From: Candidatus Caldarchaeum sp.
Lineage (GTDB): Archaea > Thermoproteota > Nitrososphaeria_A > Caldarchaeales > Caldarchaeaceae
Direction of reading: 5' to 3'
DNA length: 64,000 nt
Assembly: GCA_038885755.1 (NCBI GenBank)
Contig: JAVZZH010000001.1
Span: 387,155 to 451,154 of the forward strand
The position numbers were made by a program, and so were the translations under genes. Shown here piece by piece: positions 8,777-16,737 of this stretch (its first letter is position 1; each line of letters opens with the position of its first letter). Under the pieces are notes generated by a model. It saw only the letters and a program-made list of their open reading frames with translations. It did no database searches and had not been told where the DNA came from.

Positions 8777-9907
8777 ATGTCGCAGGAGCTCGAAAGAATC
8801 GCAGCCATCAGAGCCCGTGAAGCGGTGAACTACGACAGGTCTGGACAGCGGCTTAAAGCCGTCAAGCTGTACCGGGAGGCGATCGAGTTGTTGTGGAAGC
8901 TTTACCGTCTGGCTCCCGACTCATCGGTCAAAAGGATCTACGCCGACAAGATTAAAGAGTATCAGAATAGGATTGAGGAGCTGTCGAACGAGTCTCCTCC
9001 GCCATTCAAGGATGTTCAGTTTAACCAGCCCGAGCCGCCACACTCCAAATCCAGCCTTTTCTTGGCTGAGAAACCCCGGGTTCGGTGGGACGATATAGTC
9101 AACATCGAGGAGGCTAAGAAAGCCATCAAGGAAAGCATAATATTCCCGACCAGAAGACCAGACCTTTTCCCGCTGGGCTGGCCGAGGGGGATTCTGCTCT
9201 TCGGCCCACCCGGTTGCGGCAAGACCCTCCTAGCGGCTGCGGTTGCGTCGGAGCTTGATGCAGGATTTTACTCCCTCGACGCCGCAAGCATCATGTCTAA
9301 GTGGCTGGGGGAGTCGGAGCGGAACATCTCCAAGATATTCAACACCTGCAGGAGCGAAGCTAGGTCAGGCAAGCCTGTCATCATCTTCATCGACGAGGTT
9401 GACTCACTAACCACCGAGAGGTTCATGGAGGTGGGTGGTGAGGCAAGGGTTAGGAACCAGCTTCTGAAGGAGATGGACAGCATACTTGACAAGGGTAGGA
9501 AAGACTTTCTCTACGTCATCGCGGCGACGAACAAGCCTTGGCTGCTTGATGAGCCCTTCATCAGAAGGTTCCAGAAGAGGGTCTACGTCTCGCTGCCCGA
9601 CATCGACGCAAGGCTGCATCTCTTCAAAATGTACACCAACGGCCTCAACCTCGACAGCGGTGTTGAACTCGCTCAGCTGGCTAAAATAACCGACGGCTAC
9701 TCTGCGGCAGACATCCACGACATATGCGTTGAGGCTCAGCTACGCGTCGTCAGCGAATACTTCTCCTCCTCCAACGGGGATGAGGGAGAGCCCAGACCGA
9801 TTACTATGGATGACTTCATGGAGATTATCAAGAAGAGAAAGCACTCGATTGTTCTGGAGAATTTGAAGAAGCTTCTGGACTGGAACTCGAAGTACGGAAC
9901 TAGCTAG
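8777..9907 (+). CDS. cdvC: Vps4-like AAA+ ATPase CdvC (MIT domain + AAA)
   Basis: It has an N-terminal MIT-like three-helix region (AVKLYREAIELLWKLY...KIKEYQNRIEEL), Walker A GPPGCGKT, Walker B IIFIDEVDS and a Vps4-type C-terminus. Confidence 0.93.
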   Translation: MSQELERIAAIRAREAVNYDRSGQRLKAVKLYREAIELLWKLYRLAPDSSVKRIYADKIKEYQNRIEELSNESPPPFKDVQFNQPEPPHSKSSLFLAEKPRVRWDDIVNIEEAKKAIKESIIFPTRRPDLFPLGWPRGILLFGPPGCGKTLLAAAVASELDAGFYSLDAASIMSKWLGESERNISKIFNTCRSEARSGKPVIIFIDEVDSLTTERFMEVGGEARVRNQLLKEMDSILDKGRKDFLYVIAATNKPWLLDEPFIRRFQKRVYVSLPDIDARLHLFKMYTNGLNLDSGVELAQLAKITDGYSAADIHDICVEAQLRVVSEYFSSSNGDEGEPRPITMDDFMEIIKKRKHSIVLENLKKLLDWNSKYGTS

Positions 9908-10691
9908 CCTCCGCGACCTCCAGCTGTATTAAGCCCTTATCGTGAAGGTTTTTCAAAACTTCCGAAGCTGTCTGAGGGTCTATCTTGAGCTCAGCTGCGA
10001 GAGCGTGAAGGTCGAGCTCCTCATCCTCCCTATCAACGACGTAGCTGTAAACAGTTTTCTCCAAGTCTGTAAGCCTCGGGGCCTCGGGGAACGATTGACG
10101 CACCTTCTCAGCAGCTATCCTCCTAGCTTCGTCGAGGATGAACGAAACTTCCTGAGAGACGTTCGCGTTGCTGTCTGACACGGGCTCGACGTAGACGCCC
10201 GAGCTGGTGATGAAGTCCTCGATCAACACCATTAGGTTCCTCAAGTGTTCAGAAGCCTCGGGTGAGACGTCCGCTATCTCGGCGAGAGTGTTCTGAAGCA
10301 TGGCCGACAAGGGCCGGATGAGGGAGAGGGCCTCGCCCAGCTCAAGGATGCTTTCAAGCCTAATCTTAACCTGCAGCAGTACAAGCTGGCTGTGAAGAAC
10401 TATTCCGGCCAGTTTTTTAATCTCAGCAATCTCCGAGGCATAGATCTTTGCTTTTTCATCGTCCTTCGACTGGAGTGCGTCTACACATTTTTCGAAGTAT
10501 TCACGGCTCCTGGCCAGCATCTCTTTATACTTGTTGTTGAGCCTCTCGATGTGTCCGTTGAGCGAGGATATTGACTTCTCGATCCTCGCAGACATCTCCT
10601 CTTGAATATCCACCAGCAATGGTTCTTCCGCCTTCTGTTCGGGCCAGTCGTTCCTACGTCTCAGAAACCCAATCAATCCGCCTGTCTGCAC
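9900..10691 (-). CDS. cdvB: ESCRT-III-like CdvB with C-terminal winged helix
   Basis: It is collinear with my recollection of Sulfolobus CdvB. Matching segments are AKIYASEIAEIKKLAGIVLHSQLVLLQVKIRLESILELGE, the Pro-rich FPEAPRL (MIM2-like) and the wH DLHALAAELKIDPQTASEVLKNLHDKGLIQLE. Confidence 0.9.
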   Translation of the reverse strand: MQTGGLIGFLRRRNDWPEQKAEEPLLVDIQEEMSARIEKSISSLNGHIERLNNKYKEMLARSREYFEKCVDALQSKDDEKAKIYASEIAEIKKLAGIVLHSQLVLLQVKIRLESILELGEALSLIRPLSAMLQNTLAEIADVSPEASEHLRNLMVLIEDFITSSGVYVEPVSDSNANVSQEVSFILDEARRIAAEKVRQSFPEAPRLTDLEKTVYSYVVDREDEELDLHALAAELKIDPQTASEVLKNLHDKGLIQLEVAEAS

Positions 10692-10763
10692 TTGTCGAGA
10701 TTAATATGCTTCATCATTCCCATGACGGCGGATATTCTCTTGCTATTACTTGGATTATACCTT

Positions 10764-11177
10764 CTAGGAGCATCTGGACAGGTAGATGTCCTCTCTTTCG
10801 TACTCGGCCATCCATGTTTTTGTCGAGCTGGGTTTGAGCCTCAAGCCGACGAGCCTGTAGCCCTCCGGAGTTTCAGCTATGGAGGAGGCAAGCGCCTGTT
10901 CGATAGAGTCTGCGATTCTTTCCTTCACAACGCGCTTCTCGCCGCTCTCCCTCTCGGCACGATAGCATACTAGACACAGCGTTTTTCCACGGAGCACGGT
11001 GGAAGTAAACCTTCTGACCGAGGAACCGCATTTATCGCAGACAACCATCTGGAGACCGCATTTTCGGCAGACAGCTCCGTAGCCTGCGACGTAGTGGAAT
11101 GTCTCGCCCGGCTTTGACTCGGCTCCGCAAGCCCTGCATACGGTTTTCTCGCCGGTTTTCTGGAAGTGTCCAAGCAT
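10764..11177 (-). CDS. Zinc-ribbon protein (four CxxC pairs) with unknown C-terminal domain
   Basis: The four pairs are CRAC, CRKC, CDKC and CLVC, followed by about 60 aa of non-Cys sequence. It lies 72 nt upstream of cdvB on the same strand. No family was recognised. Confidence 0.65.
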   Translation of the reverse strand: MLGHFQKTGEKTVCRACGAESKPGETFHYVAGYGAVCRKCGLQMVVCDKCGSSVRRFTSTVLRGKTLCLVCYRAERESGEKRVVKERIADSIEQALASSIAETPEGYRLVGLRLKPSSTKTWMAEYEREDIYLSRCS

Positions 11178-11257
11178 CTCGAGTTATCTGGATGTTTTTA
11201 TGCATATAAGTTTACCAGAGATACAGCTATTAACGGCTCTGGCTGGAGTTCAACGGG

Positions 11258-12622
11258 TTGACCGAGTTTACGTCCCTCGTGTCTCAAAAGTTCAGCCAAG
11301 AGCCTGATTGGCTTTCAAGGCTTAGGGTCAAGTTTCTCGAGCTGTACAAGTCGATGCCGCCCGAGACCTCCGAGCTCTACATCAGGCATTACGAGGCCCC
11401 TGAATTGAGTGAGGAACGTCTTTACGGCATGCTTCCTGAAGGCTTCGACGCCGATGTCCCCAACGAGTTCAAGCACGTCAAGGAGGACAAGGAGAATCCG
11501 ACCGTCGTTTACGTCGGCGGCAAGCTGGCTCACCTCCACATCCCGCGTGATTTAGTTTTGAAAGGCGTTGAAGTATCGACGCTCTCAGAAGCTTTGAAGA
11601 AGCATGAAGGATTGATTCGTGAAGTTTTTGAGAGGACTGTAAACTCACGAAACCTCGACAAGTACTCAAGCCTCACCCACGCCCTTCTCACCTCCGGCAT
11701 ATTCATAAGAATACCTAGGTCTACTGAACTGAACAAGCCTTTCCGAATCCTCTACATCGTCGACAAGCCCTCGGAAGCCTTCTTCACAAAAACCATCCTG
11801 CTCGCTGAGAGCCAGTCATCCGCCTCAGTCGTTGAGGAGCTTCACGGCCTTCCGGGTTCCGCTGGAAGCGTAATCGGTCAGAACGTCGAGCTGATACTGG
11901 GCGATTCATGCAGCGTTAGACACGGCGTTCTTCAGAACTTGGGCCACGACCACACCTACCTCGCCAACAGGCTTGCCTACGTGGGAAGAAGCTCGTCAGC
12001 CATGGTTGTGGGTTCTTTGATTGGAGCTGGTTTGTCGAAGGTTAGGGTTGACAGTGTGATGGCTGGAGACGGCTCTAGCGTAAACGACTTGGAGCTTGTG
12101 TTCGGCGACGGCGAGCAGAGGATGGATTTAACCGCCAACCTTCATCACGTCGGCTACGGTACGCAGGGTAGGGAAGTGTCGAAAGGAGTCGTCAAGGACA
12201 AGGCCCGGGTTATCTTCAAGGGAATGATAACCATTGAGAAGCAGGCCAAGAACACCAACGCGTATCTTGCGAAGCACGCCATGATAATGAGCCCGGAGGC
12301 CCGAGCTTACGCCATCCCGTCCCTCGAGATCGAGACAGACGAGGTGAAGGCCACGCACTCGGCGAGCGTAAGCCAGATAGACCCGGACCAAGTCTACTAC
12401 CTGATGACTAGGGGAATCCCCTACGAAGAGGCTAGGAAGATGCTTGCCCTAGGGTTCTTCGAGCCTGTGGTTTCGATGATCGACCTCGACGAGGTTAGAT
12501 GGGGTCTTAGAAGCCTGCTGGAGAGCAAATGGGGTGGAACGGTGACGGAGCTCTTTGAGGAGCCTGAGGTCGCGGTCTCAAGCCTTTTCGGAACCCACTA
12601 CAAATACAGGTATGCTAGATAG
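11258..12622 (+). CDS. Fe-S cluster assembly protein, SufB/SufD family
   Basis: It has the C-terminal beta-helix signature ANLHHVGYGTQGREVSKGVV...NTNAYLAKHAMIMSPEARAYAIPSLEIETDEVKATHSASVSQIDPDQVYYLMTRGI. The start is TTG. Confidence 0.9.
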   Translation: MTEFTSLVSQKFSQEPDWLSRLRVKFLELYKSMPPETSELYIRHYEAPELSEERLYGMLPEGFDADVPNEFKHVKEDKENPTVVYVGGKLAHLHIPRDLVLKGVEVSTLSEALKKHEGLIREVFERTVNSRNLDKYSSLTHALLTSGIFIRIPRSTELNKPFRILYIVDKPSEAFFTKTILLAESQSSASVVEELHGLPGSAGSVIGQNVELILGDSCSVRHGVLQNLGHDHTYLANRLAYVGRSSSAMVVGSLIGAGLSKVRVDSVMAGDGSSVNDLELVFGDGEQRMDLTANLHHVGYGTQGREVSKGVVKDKARVIFKGMITIEKQAKNTNAYLAKHAMIMSPEARAYAIPSLEIETDEVKATHSASVSQIDPDQVYYLMTRGIPYEEARKMLALGFFEPVVSMIDLDEVRWGLRSLLESKWGGTVTELFEEPEVAVSSLFGTHYKYRYAR

Positions 12623-13169
12623 GCTGAGGTCTCGCCTACATCCGCTTGAAGAGGGATGTATGGAGACCACCAACGGAGGAAGCTACGCGGCTGTTGCCAT
12701 AGTGTTAAGAAACCTCGAGACGAATCCTGAAGTAATACTTGTAAAGAGGGCTGCGAGGCGTGACGACCCTTGGTCGGGTCAGATAGCTTTTCCGGGAGGA
12801 CGACGAAAGCCATCCGACCAAAACCTCGTCCAGACGGCTCTGAGAGAGTTGGAGGAGGAGACGGGTGTCGGAGGAGATGCTGTCGAGTTTTTAGGGTCCC
12901 TGCCCTATGTGTCGCCGGCCAACTCTCCGAATTTGTTGGTCAAGCCTTTTGTAGGGCTTTTGACTGGGGAAGCTGTTTTCGTCGAAGGCAGTGAAGTTCA
13001 GAAAGTATTCTGGGCTCCTCTGCTAGGGTTGAAGCCTGTGGTTAAGCGGGTTTACTCAAAGTCGGGCAGGTGGGTTAGCAAGCACCTGTGCTACGCTTAC
13101 GGCGATGAGCTGGTCTGGGGAATGACGTCCAAGCTGTTGAAACAGGTCCTGACGAGAGTAGGGCTATGA
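12612..13169 (+). CDS. Nudix hydrolase (CoA pyrophosphatase-like)
   Basis: The Nudix box is GGRRKPSDQNLVQTALRELEEETGV. An ATG at 12612 overlaps the suf stop, and the 12555 extension was judged spurious. Confidence 0.85.
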   Translation: MLDRLRSRLHPLEEGCMETTNGGSYAAVAIVLRNLETNPEVILVKRAARRDDPWSGQIAFPGGRRKPSDQNLVQTALRELEEETGVGGDAVEFLGSLPYVSPANSPNLLVKPFVGLLTGEAVFVEGSEVQKVFWAPLLGLKPVVKRVYSKSGRWVSKHLCYAYGDELVWGMTSKLLKQVLTRVGL

Positions 13170-14435
13170 CCTGTGTGTCTTAGCGAACCTTTCGGCGGCT
13201 TCGACCAGAGCGTCGACGTCTTCCTTTGAGTGGGCCGCTGAGACGAAGAGATGCGGGTTGTAGGGCGGCACATACAGGATTTTCTCCATCACCATGTGTT
13301 TAGAGAACTCGATGGTAAGCTTCAGGTCCTTGGTCCTGTTCGCCGTATGTATGTCGACCGGCTTCTCCTTCGTGAAGTGTACGCAGACAAGCGACCCTAT
13401 TCCCGTGATGTGGGCGTTCAGAGGCTCGAGGGCCTCCTCAAGCCCCTCCCTTGCCCTCCTTCCTAAGCTGTCTAGGTGGTCGTAGACAAGGCCTTTCTCA
13501 AGCTCTTTAAGCAGGACGTAGCCAGCCCTCATGGCCAAGGGGTTGCCGCTGTATGTTCCTCCGTGAAAAACTCTCTCGTAAGGCATAGGCCTCTTCTTGT
13601 GGTCTAGAACCTCCATTATCTCAGACCTGCCGCAGAAGGCTCCTGTCGGGAAAGGCCCTCCGCCGACGCATTTACCCAGCACAGTCATGTCTGGGATAAC
13701 TCCGTAAAGCTTCTGAGCTCCTCCCGGCGAAAGCCTAAACCCGGTGATCACCTCATCGAATATCAGAACAGCCCCGATAGCGTCGCATAACTCTCTCAAC
13801 CCCTTGAGATATTCACGGTCGGCTGGTATGAACCCTCCGGCTCCCAGCACGGGCTCGACGACTATGGCCGCAACCTCCTTCCCCCTCACCCTCCGCTCGA
13901 CTCCTTCGAGGTCGTTGAAGGGTAGAAGCAGGGTGTTGGCTGTGGCTTCTTCAGGCAAACCCAGTGTGGAAGGCTTGTCGACGGGGTAGGAAACACCCAC
14001 CTGCAGCCCGTCGTACCCGCCGTGCCATCCTCCCTCGATCTTGCCCACGAGCTTCCTGCCGGTGAAACCTCTAGCCGTTCGGACGGCGTACATGTTGGCC
14101 TCCGTTCCGCTGTTAGTCGGCCTGACCTTCTCAGCGGAGGGAATCATGCTGCAGACCTGCTTAGCCCACTTGACCTCCCAAGGATGAGCATAACCGAAAT
14201 GAGCACCCTTCCACAGCTGTTCAGAGGCAGCCTCCAGAACAGGCCTGTAGCAGTGGCCCATCAACAGGGCTCCGTGGCCCATCCAGAAGTCGACATACCT
14301 GACCCCGTGCAAGTCCCATACATACGCCCCCTCAGCCCTCTCGACATAAACAGGCCTCGGGTCGATGTATCTGACGCTGTAGGTGACCCCTGCAGGAAGA
14401 TACTTTATTGCTTCCTCAAAAAGCTCCTGCTCCAT
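13164..14435 (-). CDS. hemL: Class-III aminotransferase, glutamate-1-semialdehyde 2,1-aminomutase-like
   Basis: Motifs are NSGTEANMYAVRTARGFTGR, FDEVITGFRLSPGGAQ and the PLP-lysine motif VLGKCVGGG. Confidence 0.85.
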   Translation of the reverse strand: MEQELFEEAIKYLPAGVTYSVRYIDPRPVYVERAEGAYVWDLHGVRYVDFWMGHGALLMGHCYRPVLEAASEQLWKGAHFGYAHPWEVKWAKQVCSMIPSAEKVRPTNSGTEANMYAVRTARGFTGRKLVGKIEGGWHGGYDGLQVGVSYPVDKPSTLGLPEEATANTLLLPFNDLEGVERRVRGKEVAAIVVEPVLGAGGFIPADREYLKGLRELCDAIGAVLIFDEVITGFRLSPGGAQKLYGVIPDMTVLGKCVGGGPFPTGAFCGRSEIMEVLDHKKRPMPYERVFHGGTYSGNPLAMRAGYVLLKELEKGLVYDHLDSLGRRAREGLEEALEPLNAHITGIGSLVCVHFTKEKPVDIHTANRTKDLKLTIEFSKHMVMEKILYVPPYNPHLFVSAAHSKEDVDALVEAAERFAKTHRS

Positions 14436-14687
14436 AGGTTAAGCAGGTCGTATGCAGTTTAAAAACATGAGCGTGTTCCCCCGGTATGTAGGCTGGAATA
14501 TTCGACAACGCTCGAAAAGCAAAAGATTTAATCGCTTCAAAACCAAGCTCCAGCTGGGATGCTTGGTGTGAGGCAGCGCATCACTGCCACAGCGCTTATC
14601 GCAGCCGACCTTCTATTCCTATTCTTCATCATCTATTTCGCATATCTGTAAGATCTTATATAGCGGCGTCCCCACCTGTGGTCAGTC

Positions 14688-16016
14688 ATGGAGACTTTAG
14701 CAGAGCCGCAGCAGGCCTACTTCAGGGTCTTGGAGCTGATGGAGAAGCATCAAGAGTTGTTCAGAAAGTCAATACCGTTAGTTGCCAGCGAGAACGTGGT
14801 CAGCCCGGCAGTAAGGGAGGCGATGGCCAGCGACCTCCAGCACAGGTATGCGGAGGGATGGCCCGGTGAAAGGCTTTACGCTGGATGCAAGTACATAGAC
14901 GAGATAGAGCTGTTGGCTGTAGAGCTGGGTAAGCAGGTTTACAGAGCCGAGTTTGTGGACGTTAGGCCTATTTCAGGAGTTGTGGCAAACCTTGTGGCTT
15001 ACTGCACTTTCGCACGTCCGGGGGACATGATGGTTGCTTTAACGATTCCTCACGGAGGCCACATAAGCCACGGCAAGGAAAAGTGGGGGGGAACCGCTGG
15101 AGTGGTTAGAGGGCTTGAGGTCGAGAGGTACGAGTTCAACGAAGACCTGCACGAGATAGACGTGGACGCAACAGCTCGGAGGCTCAGGCGGATAGAGTCT
15201 GAGACAGGGAAAAAGCCCAGGCTTTTCATGCTGGGAGCCAGCGTCTTCCTCTTCCCCCACCCGGTTAAAGAGATAAGGACGCTGGCCGACGAGTACGGCG
15301 CCTACCTCGTCTACGACGGCGCCCACGTAGCCGGCTTGATAGCTGGCGGTAAGTTTCAAGACCCTCTCAGGGAGGGCGCGGACTGCATGACGTTAAGCAC
15401 TCACAAGACGCTGGCCGGACCCCAGCACGGAATGGTCGTGTCGTGGTCGAAGTACGCCGAACGGCTCAAGCAAGTAGCTTTCCCAGGCCTTCTATCGAAC
15501 CATCATCTACACGCCGTAGCAGGCGTGGCAATAGCTCTGGCTGAAGCTCTCGCATTCTACAGAGAATACGCCATGCAGATCATAAGAAACGCCAAAGTCT
15601 TGGCCGAGTCTCTGTATGAACAGGGTGTCCAAGTCCTTTACGAAAACAGGGGTTTCACCGAATCCCACACCCTGATAGCAGACGTGTCGAAGTACATGGA
15701 CGGCAGGACTGCCGAGGAGAAGCTTGAGAGAGCCGGCATTATTCTGAACAGGAACCTCATCCCAAAAGACTACAAGATGAAGACCGACTACAGGAAGCCA
15801 AGCGGCATAAGGATGGGCACGCAGGAGGTGACACGTCTGGGCATGAACGAGTCCGAGATGAAGCACATAGCGACGCTGATTGCGGACGTTGTTGTGCGGG
15901 GTAGGAACCCGGTGGAGGTTGCTGAAGAGGTCGCCGAGTTCAGGAAAGACTACCGTAAGGTCAGGTTTTGCTTCGAGTCTGCGACAGGCGCCTACGACTA
16001 CGTCAGGATTAGGTGA
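14688..16016 (+). CDS. glyA: Serine hydroxymethyltransferase
   Basis: Motifs are LVASENVVSPAVREA, GGHISHG and the PLP site STHKTLAGPQHG. Confidence 0.93.
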   Translation: METLAEPQQAYFRVLELMEKHQELFRKSIPLVASENVVSPAVREAMASDLQHRYAEGWPGERLYAGCKYIDEIELLAVELGKQVYRAEFVDVRPISGVVANLVAYCTFARPGDMMVALTIPHGGHISHGKEKWGGTAGVVRGLEVERYEFNEDLHEIDVDATARRLRRIESETGKKPRLFMLGASVFLFPHPVKEIRTLADEYGAYLVYDGAHVAGLIAGGKFQDPLREGADCMTLSTHKTLAGPQHGMVVSWSKYAERLKQVAFPGLLSNHHLHAVAGVAIALAEALAFYREYAMQIIRNAKVLAESLYEQGVQVLYENRGFTESHTLIADVSKYMDGRTAEEKLERAGIILNRNLIPKDYKMKTDYRKPSGIRMGTQEVTRLGMNESEMKHIATLIADVVVRGRNPVEVAEEVAEFRKDYRKVRFCFESATGAYDYVRIR

Positions 16017-16023
16017 GCTGAAG

Positions 16024-16737
16024 ATGGATGAGGATTATGTTGTAGTGGTCAAGAACCTCAAGAAGGTTTACAGGAGCAACGGCGTTGAGACAGTGGCTTT
16101 AAACGGCGTGGACCTGAAGATTAAACGGGGTGAGATGATTGCTATCGTCGGGCCGAGCGGAAGCGGCAAATCCACGCTGCTGAACATGCTCGGCGCTCTG
16201 GACAAGCCTACGGAGGGAAGCGTAATCATAGACGGCGTCGACATCAGCAGTATAGACGACAACAAGAGAGCCGAGTTCCGGAACAAGAAGATAGGATTTG
16301 TGTTCCAGTCATACAACCTGATCAACAGGCTGCAGGTTGTGAAGAACGTCGAGCTGCCTCTGATGGTTCTAGAGGTTCCTGAGGACAGGAGGAGAAAACT
16401 AGCCCTCAGCATGCTCAGGGAGGTGGGCCTCGATTCGAAGTCTTTTAAAAAACCAACACAGCTGAGCGGCGGAGAACAGCAGAGAGTAGCGATAGCCAGA
16501 GCTCTGGTAACAGAGCCGAGCATTATTCTGGCGGATGAGCCCACCGGCAACCTTGACTCCAAGTCGGGAGCTGTCGTCGTTAACCTGCTGAGAGAGCTTG
16601 CACGTCGGGGGAACACAGTCATAGTCGTCACCCATAACATGGAGGTCGCCGCGGCGGCTGACCGCATCATCTACATCAAGGACGGTAAGATAGAAAAAGA
16701 GGAGATAGTTCGGTTGCCTCAAGCGGAACAGTCATGA
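16024..16737 (+). CDS. ABC transporter ATP-binding protein (MacB/LolD-like)
   Basis: Motifs are GPSGSGKST, the signature LSGGEQQRVAIARAL and Walker B ILADEPTGNLD. The ATG at 16024 was chosen because the upstream extension overlaps glyA. Confidence 0.92.
   Translation: MDEDYVVVVKNLKKVYRSNGVETVALNGVDLKIKRGEMIAIVGPSGSGKSTLLNMLGALDKPTEGSVIIDGVDISSIDDNKRAEFRNKKIGFVFQSYNLINRLQVVKNVELPLMVLEVPEDRRRKLALSMLREVGLDSKSFKKPTQLSGGEQQRVAIARALVTEPSIILADEPTGNLDSKSGAVVVNLLRELARRGNTVIVVTHNMEVAAAADRIIYIKDGKIEKEEIVRLPQAEQS

Noticed and set aside
15880-16023. N-terminal extension of the ABC ATPase ORF
   Set aside because: It overlaps the 3' end of glyA in another frame. The canonical ABC N-terminus begins at the ATG at 16024.
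16068-16670. 200-aa minus-strand ORF
   Set aside because: It is a shadow ORF antisense to the ABC ATPase gene, which has canonical Walker and signature motifs.
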